Program-made: the position numbers and the translations under genes | Assembly: GCA_049512075.1 (NCBI GenBank) | Contig: JBEKXL010000001.1 | Span: 96,001 to 160,000 of the forward strand | Reading direction: 5' to 3' | Length of the DNA stretch: 64,000 bases | DNA from: Candidatus Bathyarchaeia archaeon | Lineage (GTDB): Archaea > Thermoproteota > Bathyarchaeia > Bathyarchaeales > Bathycorpusculaceae | Notes under the pieces: generated by a model | Told to the model about the DNA's origin: nothing | Databases searched by the model: none | The model's input: the letters and a program-made list of their open reading frames with translations, nothing else | In this document: positions 42,352 to 51,895 of the stretch, one piece after another | How the letters are laid out: each line of letters begins with the position of its first letter | Position numbering within the stretch: position 1 is the first letter of the stretch

Positions 42352-43389
42352 TTGATAGAGATTGATGGGAGCGAAAAAAGTGGAAGCGGCACGATTCTGA
42401 GAATGGCCGTCGCCTTGTGCGCAATAATTGGGGAACCGTTGCACATTTACAACATCAGACAGAACCGTCCCCAGCCAGGTTTGAGGCCTCAACACTTGGA
42501 AGCCGTCCTGACAGCCGCCCAGCTGTGCGACGCTGAATTGGAAGGCGCGAAAGCCGATTCACGTGAGCTTTGGTTCAGGCCTAAAGAAATGAGAGGCGGC
42601 AAGATTGAAGCTCAAATCGGCACTGCCGGAAGCATCTCAATGCTTCTGATGACGGTGCTGCCCATGTGCGCCTACGCCGAAAACACCGTACACCTCCATA
42701 TTTCCAAAGGCGGAACCGACGTTTCCCATTCGCCCACCATAAATTACATGCGCTTCGTTCTCCTGCCAACCCTTCATCGCATGGGACTAAACGCTGTTCT
42801 GACCGTTCACAAGTACGGCTATTACCCCAAAGGAAACGGCGAAGTGACAATAGCTGTAGAGCCCTGCAAGCCTCTAACAGCTTTGAGCCTAGAGACTTTT
42901 GGCAACGTCAAATCGATAAGAGGAGTTTCAGTCTGCACATTCCTTGCCGAAAGAAAGGTTGCTGAACGCCAAGCGAAAGCGGCGAACGAGTACCTTGGCG
43001 AAAGAGGCTACAAGGCTGATATTCAAGTAGTAAATGACGCCTCGAACCCGCTGCAGAAGGGCAGTTCCATTGTCTTGTGGGCCGAATCTGACGCTGGAGC
43101 GATTCTAGGAGCAGACGCCATTGGCGAGCTGAGAAAAGCAAGCGAAACAGTCGGAATAGAAGCAGCCGAAAAACTCTACACAGAAATCATTGCGAAACCC
43201 ACGGTTGATGCGCACCTAGCAGACATACTTGTTCCATACATTGCTCTGGCCCACGGCAAGTCAGCCTATCTCACGCGGACATTAACCGAACATTTGCGGA
43301 CAAACATTGCGCTCGCCGAAAGAATACTGGATGTGAAATTCGTCTTAGAAAAGAAAGATGAACTACACAGACTGGAAAAAAAATTGTGA
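42352..43389 (+). CDS. rtcA: RNA 3'-terminal phosphate cyclase
   Basis: IEIDGS..GSGTILR, NIRQNRPQPGLRPQHL, GGTDV, GYYPKGNG, VDAHLAD; TTG start at 42352. Confidence 0.93.
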   Translation: MIEIDGSEKSGSGTILRMAVALCAIIGEPLHIYNIRQNRPQPGLRPQHLEAVLTAAQLCDAELEGAKADSRELWFRPKEMRGGKIEAQIGTAGSISMLLMTVLPMCAYAENTVHLHISKGGTDVSHSPTINYMRFVLLPTLHRMGLNAVLTVHKYGYYPKGNGEVTIAVEPCKPLTALSLETFGNVKSIRGVSVCTFLAERKVAERQAKAANEYLGERGYKADIQVVNDASNPLQKGSSIVLWAESDAGAILGADAIGELRKASETVGIEAAEKLYTEIIAKPTVDAHLADILVPYIALAHGKSAYLTRTLTEHLRTNIALAERILDVKFVLEKKDELHRLEKKL

Positions 43390-43414
43390 ATCAGTGCAGG
43401 GTCAAGGGCGGAGA

Positions 43415-43651
43415 TCAAGAGTGAGACTTCGGTGTAGGTTCCCTAACAAGAAAATAATGTACGAGCAAAAAGGTCAGTGACCCAAAACCGAGAATTGGCA
43501 AGATGGCAACCATGGGATTATCTACTAGCGTTATAAGTTGACCGCCTGTCCAAACCATGAGAAAACAGTTTAGAGCAATGATTTCGAGCGCACCGAACGA
43601 TCTGAGCAATAAATCTGGAATCTTGCGCAGATGCTCCTTTGTTATTCGCAC
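43415..43651 (-). CDS. Small two-TM membrane protein
   Basis: 78 aa with two hydrophobic segments. Confidence 0.5.
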   Translation of the reverse strand: MRITKEHLRKIPDLLLRSFGALEIIALNCFLMVWTGGQLITLVDNPMVAILPILGFGSLTFLLVHYFLVREPTPKSHS

Positions 43652-44026
43652 TTTTCTTCATAACTCATGATATTCAACTGATATTTCTCTTTTTCCATTC
43701 ATGACTCTAGAATGCTCGCAAGAGAAAAACAGACCGTCACATGTTGTAGCGCGAACGCTGCGCTTGGGATTGGTATTGCTGTAAGGCCTCGGTTGATTCC
43801 CCAATCACATTATGCCCGCTGATGTAGGCCTTTCCTTTCGTATGCCAGATTGGACTGACATAAAATTTCGATTGCGCGCGCATGCTGCATGTGTTTTTGT
43901 TTTTTTGGGTTTGCGCACGCTCTACCACATTTTTCGCGTGCGATGTCATCTAACACGATCCAATGAACAAGGCATGAAAAAAGCTTTTATTCTAAATAAG
44001 ATGACAAAAAACCAGAGGAAAAAACG

Positions 44027-44689
44027 ATGACTCTTGAATCAAGCAAGAACTTGGGCGGCATAGGCGCAATACTAATGTTCATCGGACTTATACCAGGGGC
44101 TCAACCTTATCTAGGAATAATTGCACTTGTCGGCTTGATTCTCGTTCTGGTTGCTCTGCATGGTTTTGCAAACTATTACAAGGAAAGCGGAATATTCAAC
44201 AATTCCATATCCGGTGTAGTCGCAGGCATAGTAGGCATCGTAATTGCAGGAGTAGTAATTGTTTATCTGTTTTTTTACACATCCATCGTAACGAATTTCC
44301 TACACAAAATCTATCCAGGTTGGAACGGTAACTGGTCAACACTCTCAGGGTTAACACCAACCATCTCGAATATAACCACACGTGACGTCTTACCCATACT
44401 TGGATCAATACTTTCAGTATTAGTTATTCTGTGGATTTTTGCTATAATTGCAGCTTTCTTTGCTAGACGATCACTAAAGACTCTTTCAGCAAAAGCAAGC
44501 GTAGGTTTATTCTCAACTGCAGCTCTACTGCTACTCATAGGTGCATTTCTAACAATACTTCTCATAGGTTTCCTTCTAATGTGGATCGCCACACTATTGA
44601 TTGCGATTGCCTTTTTCCAAATAAAACCTCAACCAGAACAACCCGTAGCAACAATGGCTCCTCCATCGTCAACACCAACACCGGTCTAA
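44027..44689 (+). CDS. DUF996-family membrane protein
   Basis: KNLGGIGAILM, GLILVLVALHG...IFNN, LFSTA..LLIGAFLTILLIG. Confidence 0.8.
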   Translation: MTLESSKNLGGIGAILMFIGLIPGAQPYLGIIALVGLILVLVALHGFANYYKESGIFNNSISGVVAGIVGIVIAGVVIVYLFFYTSIVTNFLHKIYPGWNGNWSTLSGLTPTISNITTRDVLPILGSILSVLVILWIFAIIAAFFARRSLKTLSAKASVGLFSTAALLLLIGAFLTILLIGFLLMWIATLLIAIAFFQIKPQPEQPVATMAPPSSTPTPV

Positions 44690-44793
44690 AAGCCAACAAT
44701 ATTTACGCGCGCTGGCTTGTCCCTAAATTAGCTAATGTTTATTTTTGGGTTGGGGTCTCGTATTCTTGAGTCACGTCCAAGCTTAGGAGGTGA

Positions 44794-45240
44794 ATCCTAG
44801 CGGGACAAGATGAACACGAGCGCGCGCGGCGAACTACAAAAGACGAGCTGGCACAACTGGAAGCCTTAACTAAGGAAGGACTGACAGCCAGAGACATAGC
44901 TCAAAAACTCGATAGGTCCCCGGCAGCCATTAGAAACCTTCGCTACAAGAAACAGTTAATTATCAAAGCACAAGACGAAACCAAAGCTCTGTTTCAACAA
45001 AGAGACGATCTGAGAAACGCATTGAAGACGTTGCAAGGACAGAAAACCGCGCTGGTCTACGAGATGGACCTTCTTAGGAAAGAGAAGCAGAAACTTGAAG
45101 GAATTATCGCATGGGACAAACTACTTCTAGAGCAGACCTTAGCTCAGGCCTTGGTAAACCTGAAACTACAGAGGCCAGACTTGTTCACTCTGTCCGGTCC
45201 AGAGCAAATAGCCATGCTGCTAAAAGCCATCTTAAGATGA
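44794..45240 (+). CDS. HTH + coiled-coil protein lacking a canonical start (possible pseudogene)
   Basis: Open frame RRTTKDELAQLEALTKEGLTARDIAQKLDRSPAAIRNLRY continues into the 45022 ORF; GGAGGTGA SD at 44786-44793. Confidence 0.55.
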   Translation: MLAGQDEHERARRTTKDELAQLEALTKEGLTARDIAQKLDRSPAAIRNLRYKKQLIIKAQDETKALFQQRDDLRNALKTLQGQKTALVYEMDLLRKEKQKLEGIIAWDKLLLEQTLAQALVNLKLQRPDLFTLSGPEQIAMLLKAILR

Positions 45241-45273
45241 GTGCAGTAGCCGTAGCTAGCGCGGGCCATACTT

Positions 45274-45873
45274 CTAACTGAGAGGCGGAGGTGGAAGAGG
45301 TGGAGGAGGTGGCGGAGGCAACTGAGCAGTTCTTGTCATGCGGGTTCCGATAAAACCAATCACAATGAAAAGGAAACCACCAACAAGAAAACTGGTTAGT
45401 GCCGTGCCTAACGACCAACTCACTTCCCCAGGTTTCGCGACTGAAACCACACCCGCAGGAATCGATGCCGTCCAAGCATCGTAGCGCGTTATAAAGGCGA
45501 CAGCAGCCGCAACTAAAGAGAGTACTATAACAAGAAGACCCAAGACAATCGTCAACTTGGCGTATTTCGCTGCAATCTGACCTGAAGACAACCAACCCCA
45601 TCTAAAACCAAGAAGCACAATGATAACGAATAACACTATGAAGCCGGCGGTAAGCGACCACATCGCAGCATTTAGATTATACATTTCACCTAACGTTTCA
45701 TAGCTGTAGTAAGTGTTCCCGGCATACAGGTTAGTATGGGTGAAACGAAACGTTTCATTGCCGAATTCAGCTGTGAACAACAGTACCAGACCCGCCACTG
45801 CCAGAACAATCTGGACGACCGATATTATCTTCACCAAACCACGCCACCTAAATGCAGACTGTATGCAAACCAC
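45274..45873 (-). CDS. Four-TM membrane protein with poly-Pro tail
   Basis: Hydrophobic helices; ends LPPPPPPPLPPPPLS. Confidence 0.7.
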   Translation of the reverse strand: MVCIQSAFRWRGLVKIISVVQIVLAVAGLVLLFTAEFGNETFRFTHTNLYAGNTYYSYETLGEMYNLNAAMWSLTAGFIVLFVIIVLLGFRWGWLSSGQIAAKYAKLTIVLGLLVIVLSLVAAAVAFITRYDAWTASIPAGVVSVAKPGEVSWSLGTALTSFLVGGFLFIVIGFIGTRMTRTAQLPPPPPPPLPPPPLS

Positions 45874-45884
45874 CCCAGCGCGCG

Positions 45885-47144
45885 CTAACTTTGGCTTGTT
45901 TTCACGCCTTTCTTTTTGTAGATTATGACTGTTAGTATTGTTGCTATCAAGAATAAGGGTAGAATGAGGAATGATGGAAACTCTGGAATTACATATTGAA
46001 CCGTAAGCGGGTAATAGTCAGTATTGTTTGCGTCAATGACATATGGAGTGTTCCAGACGCCTGAGCTGTCAACAAAAGTGGCATTTGGATATTTTGTTAG
46101 ATAATCGCTCCAGTAGTTACCCACGCTCCCATTATCCCAAACGTTAGTTGAGTTGTAAGAAGAAACTTGGCTGGTGTTGTTGTTGAAGTCGTTATGGTAG
46201 ATTGTATTGTTAGAAGAAGAGATGAGATAAATGCCATCGTTGCTGTTTGCGGTGACGTTGTTACCAGACAAAGCGTTGTTATCAGAAGAAGAGTCGAGCC
46301 AAATGCCATCCACGTTGTTTGCCGTGACGTTGTTGCCATACAAAGCGTTGTTATAAGAATTGCCGAGCACAATGCCATACCCGTTGTTTGCTGTGACGTT
46401 GTTGCCATACACAGTGCAATTAGAAGAATATTCGAGCCAAATACCAACATTGTTGCTGTTTGTGACATTGTTGCCCGACAAAGTGTTGTTATCAGAAGCA
46501 GAGTAGAGCACAATGCCATAGTTGCTGTTTGCCGTGAAGTTGTTGCCAGACAAGGTGTTGTTAGAAGAATTGCTGAGATAAATGCCATACCCATTGTTTG
46601 AAACGTTGTTGCCAGACAGGGTGTTGTTATCAGAAGAAGAGATGAGATAAATGCCATAAGAGTTGTTTGTGACGTTGTTGCCCGACAAGGTGTTGTTATC
46701 AGAAGAAGAGAGGACCACAATGCCATCAAAGTTGTTTGTCATGTTGTTTCTGCTGACACTGTTGTTAGAAGAAGATTCGATGCCAATGCCATAGCCGAAA
46801 TTTGTTATCCTCATGTCATTTATGGTCACGTTGCCCACGGTTCTGAGCATTATTCCGCTACCAGCAGCAGCGCTTCCGTTTCCAGTCACGGTGTAACCTG
46901 CTCCGTTCAAAACAATGTTGTATCTTTTAATCACAATTCCGTTGCCATTGGCGGCGATGTTGCCAGTTAAGGTGTATGTGATGTTATCTGCCGAATAAAT
47001 AGGAGCAGTTGACGGACTTATGCTTCCGTCAGCGTTAATGTAAATGGGTGCACCATCGGCCTTGACTACTTGAATCAAGCCCGTTATTGACGACATGGAA
47101 AGCAAAAACAGAGTTGTAATTGAAACCAAAACAAGCCTGTTCAT
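45885..47144 (-). CDS. Secreted right-handed beta-helix (NosD/CASH-repeat) protein with PEF sorting signal
   Basis: Signal peptide, repeated GIxL.SS.NNTLSGNNVT.N, GNYWSDY, IPEF + TM + KKK. Confidence 0.88.
   Translation of the reverse strand: MNRLVLVSITTLFLLSMSSITGLIQVVKADGAPIYINADGSISPSTAPIYSADNITYTLTGNIAANGNGIVIKRYNIVLNGAGYTVTGNGSAAAGSGIMLRTVGNVTINDMRITNFGYGIGIESSSNNSVSRNNMTNNFDGIVVLSSSDNNTLSGNNVTNNSYGIYLISSSDNNTLSGNNVSNNGYGIYLSNSSNNTLSGNNFTANSNYGIVLYSASDNNTLSGNNVTNSNNVGIWLEYSSNCTVYGNNVTANNGYGIVLGNSYNNALYGNNVTANNVDGIWLDSSSDNNALSGNNVTANSNDGIYLISSSNNTIYHNDFNNNTSQVSSYNSTNVWDNGSVGNYWSDYLTKYPNATFVDSSGVWNTPYVIDANNTDYYPLTVQYVIPEFPSFLILPLFLIATILTVIIYKKKGVKTSQS
46190..46795 (-). repeat. Intragenic tandem 66-69-nt repeats encoding beta-helix rungs
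   Basis: Recurrent gttgttatcagaagaagag / aatgccat / gtgacgttgttgcc blocks, about 8-9 units. Confidence 0.85.
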
Positions 47145-47274
47145 CCAATGTCACTTCCGCAAATAGTTTATGGTTTGATTGAATTAGTTCTTATGGTTTG
47201 TGGAAGAATCCTTACCCGCGCGCTAGAAATGCTTAAACCAACAACCTTGCAACTAAGATTAGGGAGAAAAAAGG

Positions 47275-47766
47275 ATGTCGGAATCAGAAACCATTCTCAA
47301 GAATGAATCAGGTGTGAAATGCGCTGAGGGAGATAGTAAAGGATACCTCGGTCTTGGCACAATTATACTTACTAATCTAAGGCTTGTTTACATTAACAAA
47401 CAAGGAAAGGGAGCCACCGCAGCAATGGAGCTTTTCGCTCCTATATTAGCGCGCAATGCGATTGAGAAAAAAGCGGGAAAAGCTGAATTAGACGACGCCA
47501 CAAAACTCCCCGGAAGTTTTTCCATCCCCCTTGAGGGAATCACTAGAGCTGAAAATGTGCGGCACTTTCTTGCAGCTTATCTTAGAGTTGACAGTCAAAG
47601 TCCTAACTTGAAGCCAGTGCACAATTTCTTTTTTTACGCGAACGCTAGCTCGCGCGATTGGGCTAATGCTATTAACTCAGCAATTGCTGCCCGTTCGCCT
47701 CAGACTAGTACGCAACCAACAACCTTCATGCCGCCTCCGCCACCGCCACCTCCTCCTCCAAGTTAA
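47275..47766 (+). CDS. PH/GRAM-like domain protein with poly-Pro tail
   Basis: GTIILTNLRLVY, FSIPLEGI, DWANAIN, ends MPPPPPPPPPPS. Confidence 0.65.
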   Translation: MSESETILKNESGVKCAEGDSKGYLGLGTIILTNLRLVYINKQGKGATAAMELFAPILARNAIEKKAGKAELDDATKLPGSFSIPLEGITRAENVRHFLAAYLRVDSQSPNLKPVHNFFFYANASSRDWANAINSAIAARSPQTSTQPTTFMPPPPPPPPPPS

Positions 47767-48364
47767 AAATCCCCTTTTCTTTTTTTCTAAAAAAATGATT
47801 TCTAAGTTAGCGTGCGCATTAACGCACTCTTGGAAAGATGGTTGGTTGTTGTGTTTTCTCTAGGTTCTGTCTAGCTTTGGCTTGTTTTAGCGCGCGAAAA
47901 TGAGAGAGAAAAGGGCAAGATATAATCCCAATTTGAGTTGTTCTTGTCAGCGCGACGCTATTCACTGATCTCCATTGCTTCATCTTGAGCTCCCTGATCA
48001 TATCCCAGATAAGCACGCAAATTTCTCTCATGGCTAGCGCGTTGATCTCCCATTCTTCATAAGGCTTATATTCATGATTGCCTACCTCTCATTGGGTATA
48101 TCAAAACTATCTTAAGGCCAACTATTTGTAAGGACTTCGGGAGATGTCGCTACAATGCCTAAGATAAAACTTTACCCCAACCAACAATGGACAGACGACG
48201 CCCTAGCGCGCGCTAACGGATTTTATGTTACCGACAATTTGTCGAGCGTACCATTTTTGACATTGCAAAGATAAGCATTCAAATCGCGGCTAGTGGACCA
48301 TGGAACATGTAAATGTTTATTTTCTGGTTAACAATAGCGTTTGCAGGTCAAAGGAAAAAATCAA

Positions 48365-49162
48365 ATGGACAGCATTGCCCGCAAGAAACTGATTCGAGAA
48401 TATTATTCAAGAAGATCCAAGGATTATGATCTGCAGAAAAGCAGAACGTGGAACACAAGAGAAGGTTTTGGAAATGAAGTTTTTGACGAACTGCTAACGG
48501 CTTTGGAAGGGTTTGGAAACAGACTCTTGTTGGAATTAGGAGTGGGAAGTGGCAGAAACGCGTTGCCGCTGCTTGAAAAAGGCAAATCGCAACTTGTAGG
48601 ATTGGATTTGTCAAGGGAAATGCTGAAACAGGCAAAAACAAAAATGCTCTCCTTTAAAGACGGTTTTGACTTGATACTGGCCGACGGGGAACACTTGCCT
48701 TTTGTAAGCCAAGCATTTGATGCGGTCATCATCATGAGCACGATGCACTATTTCGCGTTTCAAGGAAGAATCCTAAAGAGATTGAGAAAAACGCTCAAAG
48801 AAAACGGAACACTTGTATACGGGGATTTGACAGTTCCCGAAACGGATAACCAAGGATTCTTTGAAGGACTGGAGAGAACCCTGTCCAAAGCTCATGCAAG
48901 ATACTACAAACCGTCACGGATGAAGAGGCTCATGGAGAAACAAGGATTCCGTATCTCAAAGATGAAAACGATTGCCTACCGAAAAACCTACAGTGTCCTA
49001 ATGGAAGATAAGGGACGGTACTTTGGCGTCGCGCCAGAAACGCTTTACATGTACTTGGAACGAGCCCCTGCAGAGGCAAAGGAGCAGTATGCACTAACCA
49101 GCACGGAGATGACCCTTTTCTACACGGTGATTACAGCGAAAAAGAAGACTGAAACGACGTGA
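48365..49162 (+). CDS. Class I SAM methyltransferase (UbiE-like)
   Basis: LLELGVGSG, GLDLSREML, ADGEHLPF..FD. Confidence 0.88.
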   Translation: MDSIARKKLIREYYSRRSKDYDLQKSRTWNTREGFGNEVFDELLTALEGFGNRLLLELGVGSGRNALPLLEKGKSQLVGLDLSREMLKQAKTKMLSFKDGFDLILADGEHLPFVSQAFDAVIIMSTMHYFAFQGRILKRLRKTLKENGTLVYGDLTVPETDNQGFFEGLERTLSKAHARYYKPSRMKRLMEKQGFRISKMKTIAYRKTYSVLMEDKGRYFGVAPETLYMYLERAPAEAKEQYALTSTEMTLFYTVITAKKKTETT

Positions 49163-49166
49163 TCCC

Positions 49167-50234
49167 TTGAAAAAGGCAAGCTGCATCAAAACTCCCAGAC
49201 GAGAAGGCGAGAAAACCCTAATCCTGACCAGCAAACTCGGGTTGATCAACAAAGAATTGGAAATTCAACGAGACGAAGAATTCATCTACATTCCGCTGGC
49301 TAAGCGGCCATCAAAAGAAGAACTGAAAACTCTCAAGGAACAAGTGACAGACTGCAAAGTCTCAGTTCACTCTTTTCCAGAGAGGAAGAAACCGAGAACG
49401 TCACTTGCGCAACTTCTTGAGGATAAGCTTCCACCACATTTGTTGGCCAGCTTGCCCCGCGCCATAGACTTCATCGGCGACATAGCCATAGTCGAATTTC
49501 CCCCAGAGCTTGACGCATACAAAACTGCGATCGGCGAGGCAATCTTGAAAACGAACCAAAAGGTGCGCACGGTCCTCGCCAAGGCGGGCGCAGTAGGCGG
49601 AACCTACCGTTTGAGAAAGTTCACCATCGTGGCAGGCGAACCTAAGACCGACACCGTCCACAAAGAATACGGATGCCAATACCATGTGGACGTAACCAAA
49701 GCGTTTTTTTCTCCACGACTTTCGTTCGAACACCGCAGAGTCGCATCTCTGGTAGAGGAAGGCGACATCGTTATTGACTTGTTCGCAGGGGTCGGGCCTT
49801 TCTCGATACAAATCGCCAAAAACCATCAAAGCGCGACAGTCTATGCTGTCGATGTGAACCCAGACGCGGTGGAATATCTCAAGAAGAACATAAGGCTCAA
49901 CAGGGTTATAGGAAAGGTTCATCCCATTTCAGGAGACGCGAGGCAAGTTGTCAAAGACAAGCTTTCTGGTGTTGCTGACCGGACCATCATGAATTTGCCG
50001 GAAAAGGCCATCGATTTTGTTGATGTGGCTTGCGAAGCCATCAAACCTTCAGGAGGCATAGTTCACTTTTACAGCTTCGTAAACAAGCCTAACTCGTTAG
50101 AGAACCTTAAGGCTCGTTTCACGGAGGCCGTTGAAAAGTCTGAAAGAAGCGTGGAGAAAATCTTGTTTTCAAGATTTGTCCGTGAGACAGCTCCGTACGA
50201 GTGGCAAGCGGTTCTAGACGTTAGAATCCGCTAG
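49167..50234 (+). CDS. trm5: tRNA (guanine-37-N1)-methyltransferase Trm5 family
   Basis: IGDIAIV, FFSPRL..E..R, DLFAGVGPF, IMNLP. Confidence 0.88.
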   Translation: MKKASCIKTPRREGEKTLILTSKLGLINKELEIQRDEEFIYIPLAKRPSKEELKTLKEQVTDCKVSVHSFPERKKPRTSLAQLLEDKLPPHLLASLPRAIDFIGDIAIVEFPPELDAYKTAIGEAILKTNQKVRTVLAKAGAVGGTYRLRKFTIVAGEPKTDTVHKEYGCQYHVDVTKAFFSPRLSFEHRRVASLVEEGDIVIDLFAGVGPFSIQIAKNHQSATVYAVDVNPDAVEYLKKNIRLNRVIGKVHPISGDARQVVKDKLSGVADRTIMNLPEKAIDFVDVACEAIKPSGGIVHFYSFVNKPNSLENLKARFTEAVEKSERSVEKILFSRFVRETAPYEWQAVLDVRIR

Positions 50235-50674
50235 GCTTCGACTGTCAACGTGATTTTCACTTTCTGCGCAGGGTTCTTCAGTTTCTCGATGAGATCTCTC
50301 GACAAATCGGCTGAAGCTTTGTCTGCTTTGATTGCCAACGTTCGGCTGCAAATGTAGTTGCTTTTCCTCACGACCATTTCGGTCGGGTGAACCAAGGTAA
50401 GATGCGCGCTTCCATACGCGTTCACCGTTTCGGCTATCCCTCCTGCTTCGATTAGAATAGTCAGACTGGCGTTTTCTTCGAGTAGTCTTTCTTTAAACTC
50501 GGCACTTAGACCTGGCATAGCTTTGTCTGCTGATACTGCGATCATGCAGTCGCCTTTTTTTGACAGGTCATCTTCTTTTGTGAACTCCAAGGTTGTGGGA
50601 TGAATGGCCAGAATGTTCTTGTGCCCCTTGGCAAGTATGATTTCTTTCAATTCGGCAGATGGCAAATTATTCAA
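50231..50674 (-). CDS. DUF371-family protein
   Basis: AKGHKNI.A.HPTTLEFTKE..L...GDC, MVVRKS....RT. Confidence 0.88.
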   Translation of the reverse strand: MNNLPSAELKEIILAKGHKNILAIHPTTLEFTKEDDLSKKGDCMIAVSADKAMPGLSAEFKERLLEENASLTILIEAGGIAETVNAYGSAHLTLVHPTEMVVRKSNYICSRTLAIKADKASADLSRDLIEKLKNPAQKVKITLTVEA

Positions 50675-51632
50675 GAACCTCTATTGAGTCAACCTTTCCG
50701 TCGCCGTTCAGGTCAAAGCCCTGTATGATTTTTGCATAAGTCTCCTCGCCACTGTAGTCTTTCAGGGTTTTCTGCCAGTAGTCTGTGAGTGCCAGCACGC
50801 AGGCCTTTGTGCCCACCGCTTTGTTTCCGGCTAGAACTATAACCCGCTTGTTCTTGTCCCACGGGTTGACAACTTTCGCGACAACTCCAACTGCGTCTGC
50901 TGTGTAGACGCGCCCAGTTTTCTTGGAAACTAGACCGCCGAAAAGAAAGCCTTCCTCTGAGGGTCGCATGTCAAATTTAATGGGTAGACACTCGTTTACT
51001 TCTTCCGCAAGGAGGTTAGTTCCAGGTCCCCCTACGAGTATCAGGTGGTTCTTTTCCTCCTTCTCAGCCTTAACGTCCACATCGAGTTTTATCGCGAAGT
51101 CTTCAGGGGGTTTGACGAACTGCCCCAGGAAGAAGGCCAGATGAGAAGCATAATGTCCGTCCCTTGCGCTTGTTTTAAAGGGCCCGTGTGGCGTTGGGCT
51201 GCCCACAACTATTTTTCCGTCAAACGTTCCATCTTTCCTCACGAATTCTCTGAAGAATTTCCGGATTTGTTCTTCCATTCCCAGTAGGGAGAGATTCTTG
51301 ATGGTTCTGTACTCTTGCGGAAGCTCGATTCCAAACGCTGGCGCCGCTACTTTATAGTACTTGGCTATTGCCCCTTTCTTCTCCTCTTCTCTTGCAACGG
51401 TTATGGCTCCTGCCTTGCAGAGTTTTCTAATGTGGTAGTATACCTTCTGCTCATGGATGCCCAATTTTCTAGCTATTTCCAGAGGGTACATTTCCTTCTC
51501 AGAAAGCATGACCAGTATTTTCCAGCTTAACGCGTTCAGGATTAGCTTGAGCTTTTGCGGGTCGTTGATTAGCGCTATGTCTTTGACTTTCTGTGTCTTA
51601 TTTTCTTCGCGAAGCAGTAGTCTCTTTTCCAT
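50667..51632 (-). CDS. ArsR-like HTH regulator fused to a C-terminal alpha/beta domain
   Basis: YPLEIARKLGIHEQKVYYHIRKL; NHLILVGGPGTN; terminal DLNGDGKVD. Confidence 0.8.
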   Translation of the reverse strand: MEKRLLLREENKTQKVKDIALINDPQKLKLILNALSWKILVMLSEKEMYPLEIARKLGIHEQKVYYHIRKLCKAGAITVAREEEKKGAIAKYYKVAAPAFGIELPQEYRTIKNLSLLGMEEQIRKFFREFVRKDGTFDGKIVVGSPTPHGPFKTSARDGHYASHLAFFLGQFVKPPEDFAIKLDVDVKAEKEEKNHLILVGGPGTNLLAEEVNECLPIKFDMRPSEEGFLFGGLVSKKTGRVYTADAVGVVAKVVNPWDKNKRVIVLAGNKAVGTKACVLALTDYWQKTLKDYSGEETYAKIIQGFDLNGDGKVDSIEVLE

Positions 51633-51807
51633 GGTTATTCCTAATCATAAACGCGCATCTATTATTAAAAATTTTGTTACGGTAAGCAGGTTCGAACCTC
51701 AGCTGGGAGCCGCAACACTTCAAAAGACCATTATAAAATATCTTTTAGCACTGCCCGAGAATTCATGACAGTTGTTGAACTCGTCGATGGGAAAACCTTG
51801 GAAACCG

Positions 51808-51823
51808 TTTTTAGAACTAAAAA
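51808..51823. promoter_or_regulatory. Inverted repeat (candidate operator) upstream of glmS
   Basis: TTTTTAG-AA-CTAAAAA about 15 nt before the TATA-like CTTATTA. Confidence 0.4.
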
Positions 51824-51895
51824 TTTTCTCCTAAAAATGCTTATTAGAAGAGCAGTCCTTGAATTGCGGTCACTGGGAAGCAATGAGGTCTGGAA

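Noticed and set aside
42352-43389. rtcA as a functional partner of the pcm intron
   Set aside because: It is 13 kb away and a common housekeeping gene; EndA already leaves cyclic-phosphate ends, so no link can be claimed
46190-46795. Regular repeats resembling a CRISPR array
   Set aside because: Units are codon-multiple, degenerate and encode beta-helix rungs inside an ORF; there are no unique spacers and no cas genes
51680-51715. GGTTCGAAC resembling a tRNA T-loop
   Set aside because: No acceptor, D or anticodon arms can be built around it
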